64,000 nucleotides of DNA from Methanobacteriota archaeon (GTDB lineage Archaea > Thermoplasmatota > E2 > DHVEG-1): contig CAVYNH010000006.1 in assembly GCA_963769885.1 (NCBI GenBank), forward strand, positions 288,001 through 352,000, written 5' to 3'. The notes beneath the pieces were generated by a model. It did no database searches. It was given only the letters and a program-made list of their open reading frames with translations, and was not told the DNA's origin. Positions 49,412-58,471 of this stretch are shown here, piece by piece; within the stretch, counting starts at the first letter, position 1; each line of letters starts with the position of its first letter. The position numbers and the translations under genes were made by a program.

Positions 49412-50404
49412 TTACCGCCGGATGAGGTAGACGACGATGGCGATCCCGGCGACAGCGATGATCACGATGATCGCGATGAAGATTAGGACCATGTTCCCTG
49501 ACCCGATGATGTTACCGTTGCTCCCGCCCTGGATTTTGATCGTCCCTTCTTCGGACACCTGAGTCCCATGGTGGTCGGTGACCGTGCAGTTGTAGGTGAA
49601 CTCGCCGGTCTTGGTGTAGGTGTGGGTCGGGTTCTGTTCATCCGCGACTTGCCCATCGCCAAATACCCAGTGGTACGTGTAGGGAGCCTCCCCCGTGGTG
49701 GCGACGACGATGCAGGTGAACTTGACGGGGGTGCCGGGGGCGGCGAGGGTCTGGTCCGTGCCCGCCTCAAGGATGGTCAGAGGCTCGTTCGGGGCGCTGT
49801 CCTGGTAGTAGAGGATGAGGTCGGTGTAGTCCTCTGCGGTCATGGCGTCGGAGATGTTTGCTTTGATGAAAGTCGTCATGGCGCCGAAGCCCTCTATCTC
49901 CTCTAGTGAGCTTTGCAGCGAGAACGTTAGGGTGAGGGTGTTGCCGGTCTTGGTGAAGGGGACAGTCGTCAGGTTGTCGATGTTATCGTCGATGGTGAGC
50001 TTGCAGGAGCCGTTGACGTAGTAGATCATGTAGTCGGACTCGTTGGTCGACATGTTCAGGGTGTAGCCGATGGTGTTGTAACTCAGGTTGTTGGGGTCGC
50101 TGGGCTCTTCGGTCATGAGGAGGTCGTTGATGTTGCCGCGGTCGTTGATTTGGCCGGCGACGGTGAGGCCCATGGTGACGGTCCCGGCGCCGTTGTCGTT
50201 GCAGGTGACGCCGATGATGTCGATGTCTTCAATGGGGAGTTCGGGGCTACTGGTGATGATGGTGCTGTTGCTGGTGGTGAAGTCCACGCTGACGACGTCG
50301 TTGGCGATGTCGGTGATGGACCGGTTTTCTGCGGAGACTGAGGCTGCGGAGACGAGCAGCCCGACGAGCAGCAGCCCTACGGCGAGGATGGTTCTCTTGT
50401 GCAT
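49412..50404 (-). CDS. PKD-domain surface protein with C-terminal TM
   Basis: Signal; YTYHWVFGDG..NPTHTY; TM then RR. Confidence 0.88.
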   Translation of the reverse strand: MHKRTILAVGLLLVGLLVSAASVSAENRSITDIANDVVSVDFTTSNSTIITSSPELPIEDIDIIGVTCNDNGAGTVTMGLTVAGQINDRGNINDLLMTEEPSDPNNLSYNTIGYTLNMSTNESDYMIYYVNGSCKLTIDDNIDNLTTVPFTKTGNTLTLTFSLQSSLEEIEGFGAMTTFIKANISDAMTAEDYTDLILYYQDSAPNEPLTILEAGTDQTLAAPGTPVKFTCIVVATTGEAPYTYHWVFGDGQVADEQNPTHTYTKTGEFTYNCTVTDHHGTQVSEEGTIKIQGGSNGNIIGSGNMVLIFIAIIVIIAVAGIAIVVYLIRR

Positions 50405-50504
50405 TTCTGTGCTCCTTGGAAAGTTCTGAGGGAGTTAATTGGCGGCTCTATATAAGAATTACCCTTCCTCTGAGCAGGGTCCATCCCTGAAGGATGTCCT
50501 TTTT

Positions 50505-50789
50505 TTATCGGAGGCGCTTCCTCAGCACGGTCATCGTCGAGATCATCTGGTCGAGGCGGTCATCGAGCTCGTCGAGGGTGCGCTGGACCCTGTCGGTGAC
50601 GACCGCTCCCTGCGCCGACGGCCTGATCACGCCGTCGTTCTCCAGCGTCCGCAGGGAGTAGCGGATGACGTGCTGCGGCTGGCCCGTCATCTGCGAGAGC
50701 CGGATGATGCCGATGGGTCCGTGCTCCATGACGGTCTTCAGGACGTCGATGTGGCGGCTGAGCAGATCCAGTTCCTTTTCTGCGACCAT
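50505..50789 (-). CDS. Archaeal wHTH protein
   Basis: RH..VL..V..GPIGI..LS..RYSLR.LE..G.I.PS.QGA. Confidence 0.8.
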   Translation of the reverse strand: MVAEKELDLLSRHIDVLKTVMEHGPIGIIRLSQMTGQPQHVIRYSLRTLENDGVIRPSAQGAVVTDRVQRTLDELDDRLDQMISTMTVLRKRLR

Positions 50790-50916
50790 GCTGGTGGCAA
50801 TGCGTTCTCTACCCATAGTCTCTCCATCCCAAGTTACGTGCTAACATAATGCATATAGGTTATTTAAGCCTTGCCATGAGCTGGCATAGCTAAGAAAAAT
50901 AGAAGGGAGTGGGGGT

Positions 50917-51294
50917 CTACTTGGAGGCCCACAGCCCATGGATCGTGCAATATTCGCGCGCAAAAACAGGCTGCGCCTGGACCGGAAACAGCGCCTCAGG
51001 CGGAAACCCCGGCTTCAAATACCTCCGGTACACCTGACCCTCAGCCAGTAACTCGATCCATTCGATGAAATGCTTCTCCTCCATGGGATGCGGCACCGCG
51101 CCGACCCGGACCTTGATGCCCGCCGCCGTCCGCTCGATGACCGGGACGTGCTTCTCGTTGCCCACATCCGTCGTCTTCTCCGCGAGCCGCTGCATCGGCT
51201 GCCCGCAGCACACCAGCGTCCCACCGCCGGCATGCACGACTTCCACAATGTTCCCACACTCAAGGCATTTATAGACTTCTCGTATGCTCGTCAT
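50917..51294 (-). CDS. dfx: Desulfoferrodoxin (superoxide reductase)
   Basis: [35 protein letters not shown]. Confidence 0.95.
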   Translation of the reverse strand: MTSIREVYKCLECGNIVEVVHAGGGTLVCCGQPMQRLAEKTTDVGNEKHVPVIERTAAGIKVRVGAVPHPMEEKHFIEWIELLAEGQVYRRYLKPGFPPEALFPVQAQPVFAREYCTIHGLWASK

Positions 51295-51344
51295 ACTCTC
51301 GTACTCCCTCCTAAAGGTCTTTCTTTCCTTACGCCTATTGGGTA

Positions 51345-51734
51345 TTATTTCTTGGCTTTCTTCGCCTTGTAATCCTTAATCGCCTCATGCAAGGCGTCCG
51401 CAGCGAGGTTACTGCAATGCATCTTCTGCGGCGGCAGCCCCTCCAACTCATTGGCCACATCGCCGCGTGTGATTTTCATCGCCTCATCCACGGTCTTCCC
51501 CTTCGCCAGCTCCGTCACCATGCTGCTCGTCGCGATCGCCGACCCGCAGCCGAACGTCCGGAACTTGATATCCGTGATCACATCATCCTTGTTCACCGAG
51601 ATGAAGATCTCCATCACATCCCCGCACACCGGGTTCCCGACCTTCCCATACCCATCCGGATGCTCGATCACCCCGACATTATGCGGGTTGAGGAAATGCT
51701 CCATCACCTTTTTGCTATACCCGACAGCAGCCAT
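51345..51734 (-). CDS. iscU: Fe-S scaffold IscU/NifU
   Basis: [24 protein letters not shown]. Confidence 0.95.
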   Translation of the reverse strand: MAAVGYSKKVMEHFLNPHNVGVIEHPDGYGKVGNPVCGDVMEIFISVNKDDVITDIKFRTFGCGSAIATSSMVTELAKGKTVDEAMKITRGDVANELEGLPPQKMHCSNLAADALHEAIKDYKAKKAKK

Positions 51735-51741
51735 ACGCTTC

Positions 51742-52908
51742 TTACCTCCGTTCACTTGACAGCGGGGACAACATCCGCAGCCGATTAACCGTTTCGTTCA
51801 CCGCCTTCACCACCTGAGGCACCTGCTCCAGGCTGTTCGACCGGCCCAACGATAGGACCATCGACCCATGCACCTCCTCATGCTTCAGCCCCAGCGCCAA
51901 CAGTACATGCGACGGCTCCAGCGTCAACGACGAGCACGCGGACCCCGTTGACACCTGGACCCCGAACTGGTCCATGAGCAACACGATGCTCTCCCCTTCG
52001 ATGAAACTAAACCGAAAACTCGCCTGACTCGGCAGCCGACGCACTGGATGACCCGTCAAATACGAATCCTTGACCTTGGTGATCTCCTTGATCAACGCAT
52101 CACGGATCCGCCGCAGGCGGTCAGCCTCCGACTCCATCTCAAGCATCGTCAGCCGGGCGGCCTCACCCATCCCGACGATTGTGAAGAGGTTCTCCGTCCC
52201 AGGACGAAGCCCCCGCTCCTGCCCGCCGCCGACTAGCACAGGCTGAATCTTGAGTCCAGTCCGGATATAGAGCGCCCCGGCGCCTTGCGGCCCCGCCAGG
52301 TCGTTAGAGGAGACAGTGCACAGGTCGATGCCGTCTCGCTGCACATCCACGGGGATGTGGCCGGCGGCCGCGGTCGCATCCACATGCAGATACGCCCCCG
52401 CGGCATGAACGATGTCGCTGACCTCACGGATCGGCTCAATCGTCCCGATCTCACTGTTCGCGGCCATGACGGAGACCACCGCGGTCCCCTTCGTGACCAG
52501 GGACTTGAGCGCCTCGAGGTCGACGAGCCCGGTCGCATCCACGGGGACGAGGTCGAGGGTGTAGCCCTGCTTCTGGAGATCCTTCATCGGGTTGAGCACG
52601 GAGATGTGCTCGATCCTGCTGGCGACCACGTGCGTGCCCATTTTGGGGTTCCGCAGCGCCGTTCCCCGGATGGCGATGTTGTTCGCCTCGGTCGCCCCGC
52701 TGGTGAACACGATGCATTTCTCGCTCTCAGCATTCAGGAGGGCTTTGACTTTCGCCCGGGCGTCTTCCAGGGCGGCGCGGGCGGTCAGCCCGCGGGAATG
52801 CAGGGTCGAGGGATTCCCGATGCTCCCGTCATAGAAGGGGGCGGCGTAGTCGACGACCCGTGGGTCGACGGGCGTGCAGGCGGCGTTATCCATGTAGATT
52901 TGTTCCAT
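51742..52908 (-). CDS. iscS: Cysteine desulfurase
   Basis: YMDNAA, GNPS, FTSGATE, HVDA, GGGQE..R.GTEN, STGSACSS; PLP-lysine site reads SSNDL. Confidence 0.85.
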   Translation of the reverse strand: MEQIYMDNAACTPVDPRVVDYAAPFYDGSIGNPSTLHSRGLTARAALEDARAKVKALLNAESEKCIVFTSGATEANNIAIRGTALRNPKMGTHVVASRIEHISVLNPMKDLQKQGYTLDLVPVDATGLVDLEALKSLVTKGTAVVSVMAANSEIGTIEPIREVSDIVHAAGAYLHVDATAAAGHIPVDVQRDGIDLCTVSSNDLAGPQGAGALYIRTGLKIQPVLVGGGQERGLRPGTENLFTIVGMGEAARLTMLEMESEADRLRRIRDALIKEITKVKDSYLTGHPVRRLPSQASFRFSFIEGESIVLLMDQFGVQVSTGSACSSLTLEPSHVLLALGLKHEEVHGSMVLSLGRSNSLEQVPQVVKAVNETVNRLRMLSPLSSERR

Positions 52909-52924
52909 AGGATGTGCCTTCTTG

Positions 52925-53287
52925 TCAGAACCACATGGTGGCCTCGGCGTCGAGGGCGAGGTCGTTGAGGGTGCCGGCGCCGACGATTTTGACACCAGGG
53001 AGCAGGTTGACTTTTTCAAGGCCGAGCATTTGTTTTGAGGCCTCGCAGGCGAGGATCTCGATGCCCATGCCTTGGGTTTTCTCGATCATCTCTTGGACGT
53101 TGGGGAAGGCCCCCAGCTTGATGGTCTTGGCGACGCCGGGCATGAGGATCTTGAGGCCCATGCCGAGGTAGTAGACGCGGGGCTTGAGGTCCATCATCTT
53201 CGCGGTCTGCGCGAGGACCAGCGGGGAGTATTGCCGTTCGGGCATATCGCTGGTCTGCACGTAGAGGATGCTGTTTGGTTCTTTCAT
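52925..53287 (-). CDS. DsrE-family protein
   Basis: ILAC..S, GVKIVGA motifs. Confidence 0.75.
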   Translation of the reverse strand: MKEPNSILYVQTSDMPERQYSPLVLAQTAKMMDLKPRVYYLGMGLKILMPGVAKTIKLGAFPNVQEMIEKTQGMGIEILACEASKQMLGLEKVNLLPGVKIVGAGTLNDLALDAEATMWF

Positions 53288-53292
53288 ATGTC

Positions 53293-53532
53293 TCACTTCA
53301 TGCGTTTGATGTAGAATCGGAGGAGGGTGCCCTCTTTTTCGAATTTGAGGATTTGGTTGCCGGTGCGTTTGGCCCAGGCCTTGAGGTCGGCCTCGGCGGC
53401 GGGGTCGTCGGCCTCGACTTTGAGGACGTGGCCGATGGGGATCTTGTCGATGGCTTCTTTGGTCATGGCGATGGGCAGGGGGCAGTAGAAGCCGACGCAG
53501 TCCACCTCGGCGGTGAATTGTGGTTCACTCAT
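53293..53532 (-). CDS. tusA: TusA-family sulfur carrier
   Basis: DCVGFYCPLP, ADDP, W..RTG. Confidence 0.9.
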   Translation of the reverse strand: MSEPQFTAEVDCVGFYCPLPIAMTKEAIDKIPIGHVLKVEADDPAAEADLKAWAKRTGNQILKFEKEGTLLRFYIKRMK

Positions 53533-53547
53533 AGGGTCCTTCTTGGG

Positions 53548-54123
53548 TTAGTAGGCCTCCACGAAGAGCTCGTAGTAGCTCTGGGGGTGCTGGCAGGCCG
53601 GGCAGATGTTGGGGGCCTCGGGGCCCTCGTGGATGTAGCCGCAGTTGCGGCAGCGCCATTTGACCGGCTTGCTTTTTTTGAAGACGGTTTTGGTCTTGAC
53701 GTTGTCGAGGAGTTTGAGGTAGCGTTTTTCGTGCTCGGATTCGACCTTGGCGATGTTGCGGAAGCTTCTGGCGACGTCGGGGAAGCCTTCGCGGTCTGCG
53801 GTATCAGCGGCATTGGGGTAGAGGGTGCCCCATTCGAGGTGTTCGCCTTCGGCGGCGTGTCGGAGGTTCTCTTCGGTTGTCCCGATGATGCCGGCGGGGT
53901 ATGTCGCGGTGATTTCGGCCATGCCTCCTTGCAGATGTTTGAAGAAGACTTGGGCGTGTTCCTTTTCATTGTCCGCGGTGGCTTGGAAGATGGCGGCGAT
54001 CTGTTCGTAGCCTTCTTTGCGGGCGACGGAGGCGGCGTAGGTGTAGCGGTTGCGGGCTTGGGATTCGCCGGCGAAGGCGGCGAGGAGGTTGTGTTCGGTT
54101 TGGGTTCCTTTGAGTTGTTTCAT
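53548..54123 (-). CDS. rbr: Rubrerythrin
   Basis: AFAGESQARNRY, EKEHA, WRCRNCGY, CPAC. Confidence 0.95.
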   Translation of the reverse strand: MKQLKGTQTEHNLLAAFAGESQARNRYTYAASVARKEGYEQIAAIFQATADNEKEHAQVFFKHLQGGMAEITATYPAGIIGTTEENLRHAAEGEHLEWGTLYPNAADTADREGFPDVARSFRNIAKVESEHEKRYLKLLDNVKTKTVFKKSKPVKWRCRNCGYIHEGPEAPNICPACQHPQSYYELFVEAY

Positions 54124-54151
54124 GGTTCTCTCTTCCTGGTTTTGATTGGGG

Positions 54152-54643
54152 TTAGGGGCCGACGTGGACCATCGGCCAGTAGACGTCTGCTTCTTCGAAG
54201 CGTTCCATGGCTTCCTGTTCGACTTTGAGGAGTTCGTAGTGGCCGCGTTCCATGTCTGCGAAGTAGCGGATTATGTTCTGTGTCGTTGGGTCGGTGAGCG
54301 TTGTGGCGAGTGCTTCGTAGAAGGCTTGGGCGGCCTGTTCTGCCTTCATGGCATGGCCGATGACCGTGCTGAGGGGGACATCCTCGTCTGGGAGTGGTAC
54401 GATGGGGAGTGGTACAGGCGTGGTGGTCGGGAGGGTCAGGCGTTGTTTAGGGAATTGTGTGGTGTAGAGTTTTTTGAGGTAGGCGCGGTGTTTTTCTTCT
54501 TCTTTGGCGAGGTAGAGGAGTTTGTCTTTGAGCAGGCCGTTTTTCACTTGGTTGGCGAGGCGTGTGTACAGGGCTTTGCTGTCGACTTCGCTTTTGAGGG
54601 CGGAGAGGAGGATGTCTTGAAGGCTATAGTTGGATAGGTCCAC
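54152..54643 (-). CDS. Ferritin-like (rubrerythrin diiron domain) protein
   Basis: EEEKH and ERGH ExxH pairs. Confidence 0.85.
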   Translation of the reverse strand: MDLSNYSLQDILLSALKSEVDSKALYTRLANQVKNGLLKDKLLYLAKEEEKHRAYLKKLYTTQFPKQRLTLPTTTPVPLPIVPLPDEDVPLSTVIGHAMKAEQAAQAFYEALATTLTDPTTQNIIRYFADMERGHYELLKVEQEAMERFEEADVYWPMVHVGP

Positions 54644-54654
54644 GGGGGGTCACC

Positions 54655-55149
54655 TTATTTTTGTCCTCGTTTTCCGAGTTCGTGGTCGAGCATGAAGAGG
54701 CCGCCGCTGGATTTGCTGATGAGGTTGAGTTTGTTGACGATGAGCTGGGTGGAGGCTTCCTCTTCGACTTGTTCGGTGATGAACCAGTGGAGCATGACGG
54801 TGGTGGCGTGGTCGCCGTCTTTGGCGGCCAGGGTGGCGAGGCTGTTGATGAGGCCGGTGACTTTGACTTCGTGTTTGTAGGCTTCTTCGAAGGCGTCGAG
54901 GGGCGAGTCCCAGCTGGTGGGGACTTTGTTGATGGCGGTGAGGGTGACGCGGCCGCTGCGTTCGACGATGTAGCGGTAGAAGCGTATGGCGTGCCCGAGT
55001 TCTTCTTTGGCTTGGACGGTCATCCAGTGGGCGAAGCCGCAGAGGTGAGTGGTTTCGAAGTAGGCTGCCATGGAGAGGTAGAGGTAGCCTGACCAGAGCT
55101 CGGCGTTGAGCTGGTCGTTGAGTGCTTTTTCGATGCGTTTGCTGAGCAT
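54655..55149 (-). CDS. ftn: Ferritin
   Basis: LNDQLNAE, YLSMA, EELGHA, HE..VT, WF..EQVEEE. Confidence 0.95.
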   Translation of the reverse strand: MLSKRIEKALNDQLNAELWSGYLYLSMAAYFETTHLCGFAHWMTVQAKEELGHAIRFYRYIVERSGRVTLTAINKVPTSWDSPLDAFEEAYKHEVKVTGLINSLATLAAKDGDHATTVMLHWFITEQVEEEASTQLIVNKLNLISKSSGGLFMLDHELGKRGQK

Positions 55150-55206
55150 TGTCTGTTTTCCTCCTTTTTTTGTTTTCTCACGGGTTGGGGGTGCGAATGC
55201 CCATGA

Positions 55207-56415
55207 TTAACTTCCCCCAGGTATAGGTCCAATTTTTTTATCTTTTATATAGTTTGCCAACAGCTGTGCCTGATGTCGGATGGTTACGAGGTCGTTTTCT
55301 TCGGGAACGTAGTGGGTTTTGAGACTGGCAACCGGGAGGTCCCAGCCGAGGGTTCTCATGGTGGTCTCGATCTCGGGGATCGACTGGCCGCCCCAGCCGT
55401 ATGAGCCGAAGGCGAGGCCGACGCGGTTCTTTGGGTGCAGGCCGCGGATGTAGCTGAGGAAGGCGCCGATGCTGGGCAGGACGCCGCTGTTGAGGGTCGG
55501 TGAGCCGACACAGATGAGCCGGGTGGAGAGGACGGTGGTCATGACGTCGGAGATGTGACTGGTCTTGAGGTTGTGCATGGTGACGGGCAGGCCGGCGGCT
55601 TCGAAGCCGTCCCGGAGAGCGGATGCCATCTTGTCGGTGGAGCCCCACATGCTGTCGTAGACGATGGTCGCGCAGGGGAGGCTCTGGTGGGTCGCCCATT
55701 GCTGGTAAGTATTCAGGATCTGGGGGAGGTGTCGGTGCCAGATGGCGCCGTGGCTGGGGGCGATCATGTCGAACTTCAAGGGTGCGAGGGCGGTGAGGGC
55801 TGTGGCGACCTGGTCGCTGTAGGGCAGGACGATGTTGGCGTAGTACTTGGCCGCCTCTTCGTGGAGGATGTCCCAGCCGATCTCGTCGTCGAAGCGGTGG
55901 GCGGAGGCGATGTGCTGGCCGAAGGCGTCGTTTGGGAAGAGAAGGGCATCAGCGGGGCTGTAGGTGACCATGGAGTCGGGCCAGTGCACCATCGGGATGT
56001 GGTGAAAATGGAGTGTTCGCTTGCCGATATTCAGAGTTTCGCCGGTCTTGACGGCTTTCATCGGCCAGTCAGTGTGGTAGTGGCTGCGCAGGCCGGGTTC
56101 CCCTTTGGTGGAGGTGATGAGGGTAGCGTTGGGGAGGAGTTTGAGGAGCTGGGGGAGGGAGCCGGAGTGGTCCATCTCGACGTGGTTGGAGATGACGTAT
56201 TTGATGGCGGTGGGGTCGATGAGTTTGGAGATGCGGTCGAGGAGTTCGGGGTAGAAGGGGGCTTTGACGGTGTCGATGAGGGTGGGGTCGCGGTCGGTGA
56301 TGAGGTAGGCGTTGTAGGTGGTGCCGCGGGGGGTGTGGTAGCCGTGGAATTCTCTGAGGTTCCAGTCGACGGCGCCGACCCAGTGGACGTCGGGTTTGAG
56401 GCGGACGGGCTCCAT
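55207..56415 (-). CDS. fprA: Flavodiiron protein
   Basis: GTTYNAYL, NHVEMDHSG, HWPD, DAFGQH, PSHG, YDSMWGST, FGSYGW. Confidence 0.95.
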   Translation of the reverse strand: MEPVRLKPDVHWVGAVDWNLREFHGYHTPRGTTYNAYLITDRDPTLIDTVKAPFYPELLDRISKLIDPTAIKYVISNHVEMDHSGSLPQLLKLLPNATLITSTKGEPGLRSHYHTDWPMKAVKTGETLNIGKRTLHFHHIPMVHWPDSMVTYSPADALLFPNDAFGQHIASAHRFDDEIGWDILHEEAAKYYANIVLPYSDQVATALTALAPLKFDMIAPSHGAIWHRHLPQILNTYQQWATHQSLPCATIVYDSMWGSTDKMASALRDGFEAAGLPVTMHNLKTSHISDVMTTVLSTRLICVGSPTLNSGVLPSIGAFLSYIRGLHPKNRVGLAFGSYGWGGQSIPEIETTMRTLGWDLPVASLKTHYVPEENDLVTIRHQAQLLANYIKDKKIGPIPGGS

Positions 56416-56421
56416 GGGGGT

Positions 56422-57123
56422 TTACTCCTGGGGTTCGAAGGCGTCTTTGGCAGCGCCGCAGACGGGGCAGACCCAGTCGTCGGGGAGGTCTTCGAAGGCG
56501 GTGCCGGGGGCGATGTTGTTTTCGGGGTCGCCGGCGTCGGGGTCGTAGACATAGCCGCAGACGGTGCAGACATATTTTTTCATGGTTTTTTCCTCCTTCT
56601 TCTTGGGTGGTTGTTCTTCTTCTTTGAGGTAGGTGGGCGCGTTTTTAGGGGATTTGCCGCCCTTGATTTCGTGGTAGTACTCGTAGGTCATGGCCGGCTC
56701 GGCGCTGAGCAGTTCGGCGTCTTCGACTTGGCCAATGAAGATGGTGTGGGTGCCGACGCTGATTTGGTTGATGACGCGGGCTTCGAGGTAGCCAAGGCAG
56801 GAGTCGATGACGATGGGGGCGCCGGTGACGCCGATCTTGTAGTGGGTGGTCTTGAATTTGTCGATGTCACGGCCGGATTTGTGGCCGAAGAGTCCGATGA
56901 GGGTCATGGGGGCGTTCTGGCAGAGGATGCTGGCGGAGAAGACCTTGCTGTTCTGGATGTAGTCGTGGGTGAGGTTTTTTTTGCTGATGCTGACGGCGAC
57001 GGTCTGGGGCTCGGCGGTGACTTGGAAGAGGGCGTTGGCGATCTGGCCGTTGAGGCGGCCGTCGTCCCGTGAGGCGACGATGTAGAGGCCGTACGGGATT
57101 TTATGCAGCGTCTTTGGGTTCAT
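56422..57123 (-). CDS. Flavin reductase-rubredoxin fusion (high-molecular-weight rubredoxin type)
   Basis: [20 protein letters not shown], then CTVCGY...WVCPVCG. Confidence 0.92.
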   Translation of the reverse strand: MNPKTLHKIPYGLYIVASRDDGRLNGQIANALFQVTAEPQTVAVSISKKNLTHDYIQNSKVFSASILCQNAPMTLIGLFGHKSGRDIDKFKTTHYKIGVTGAPIVIDSCLGYLEARVINQISVGTHTIFIGQVEDAELLSAEPAMTYEYYHEIKGGKSPKNAPTYLKEEEQPPKKKEEKTMKKYVCTVCGYVYDPDAGDPENNIAPGTAFEDLPDDWVCPVCGAAKDAFEPQE

Positions 57124-57542
57124 CCTTTCGCTCCTGTTTTTTGGCGCAGGCGGGGCAGAGGCCTTTGAAGTAGCCGTGGACTTCTTCGATGCAGTAGCCG
57201 CCCCCTTCGACTTTCTTGATGTTGGGGCAGATGGAGCTCGATGTCGGAGATCTTTTTGCAGTGGGTGCAGAGGAAGTGGTGGTGGGTGTCGACTCTGGCG
57301 TCGTAGCGGGTCTCGCTGCCGCTGATGGTGATGGCGTGGATGAGGTTCTCTTTTTTGAGGGTTTCGAGGGCGTTGTAGACCGTTGTCCGCGACAATGAGG
57401 GGCTGGTGTGTTTGAGGGCGGTGTAGATCTCGTCGGCGCCGGGGTGGGTGTAGTGGGTGTGGAGGTAGTGGAGGATTTGGAGGCGCTGGGGGGTGGCCTT
57501 GAGGTGGTGTTCTTTGAGGAGGGTGAGGTCGTCTTCGAACAT
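57101..57542 (-). pseudogene. Fur/PerR-family regulator with a +1 frameshift near 57230-57236
   Basis: [22 protein letters not shown]; the natural tail [15 protein letters not shown] is in another frame. Confidence 0.85.
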
Positions 57543-57568
57543 AGGTCGTGCCCGGACTTTATCCTAAC

Positions 57569-57583
57569 TTGTAATGATTACAA
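57569..57583. promoter_or_regulatory. 7-1-7 palindromic Fur/Per-type operator
   Basis: TTGTAAT-G-ATTACAA between the minus-strand TATA (about 57607-57615) and the perR ATG. Confidence 0.8.
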
Positions 57584-57672
57584 TGTAGGACCGAATCCAT
57601 GTGCGGTTAATAAAACTTCCGATGACGGCACCAAACTATGTTCTTATTAAACCACGAAGGGTTCCCCCCTTC

Positions 57673-58458
57673 GTGCTCTCACCCCTCGTCGAAATCATCC
57701 TCCCCTTTTTCTTTTCCTTTGCCGTCGTCATCCTCATTACCATGCTCGCCGAACGCTTCGGCACCAAGGTCGGCGGCATCGCCGGCACCCTGCCCTCCAC
57801 CATCATCATCGCCTTCCTCTTCATCGCGCTCAACCGCGGCATCCCCTTCGCCAACCACTCCGTCACCATCGCCATCGCGGTCATGGCGATGAACCTCCTG
57901 TTCCTCAGCGCCTTCGCCGCCCTCATCCCCCGCTCCCTGCCCCACGCCCTCATCGGCTCGTTCGGCATCTGGACCGTCGGCACCGTCGCCATCTATGTCT
58001 CCAACCTCGACAACATGCTCGTCTCCCAGGTCGCCTTCGCCGCCGCCTACCTGGGCTGCCTATGGTTCCTGGAGAAACATAAACGGATCCCCTCGCAACA
58101 GAGGATCCACATGACCTACAGCGCTAAAAAAATCCTGCTCCGCGGCCTGCTCGCCGGCGTCGTCATCGCCGCCGCCGTCGTCCTCTCCAACGTCAACGCC
58201 GCGCTCAGCGGGGTCCTCGCCATGTTCCCCGCCATCTTCCTCTCCACCATGCTCATCGCGGATCTCGAACACGGACCAGACTTCACCAGAGGGCTCGCCA
58301 AGGCCATGATTTACGGCAGCTATAGCGTCACCGCCTACGGCGCAGCAATATTCATCCTCTACCCGGCCATCGGAATCACGGCTGGGACAATCGGAGCAAT
58401 CCTCATCAGCCTCGCGATCTCCGTGATCATTTACCTCTTCCGTTCCATACTCCAATGA
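57673..58458 (+). CDS. Multi-pass membrane protein, DUF3147-like
   Basis: AERFG..VGG...LPS and SGVLAMFP internal repeat; GTG start about 25 nt after TTATTAAA. Confidence 0.7.
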   Translation: MLSPLVEIILPFFFSFAVVILITMLAERFGTKVGGIAGTLPSTIIIAFLFIALNRGIPFANHSVTIAIAVMAMNLLFLSAFAALIPRSLPHALIGSFGIWTVGTVAIYVSNLDNMLVSQVAFAAAYLGCLWFLEKHKRIPSQQRIHMTYSAKKILLRGLLAGVVIAAAVVLSNVNAALSGVLAMFPAIFLSTMLIADLEHGPDFTRGLAKAMIYGSYSVTAYGAAIFILYPAIGITAGTIGAILISLAISVIIYLFRSILQ

Positions 58459-58471
58459 CAAAAAAACCATT

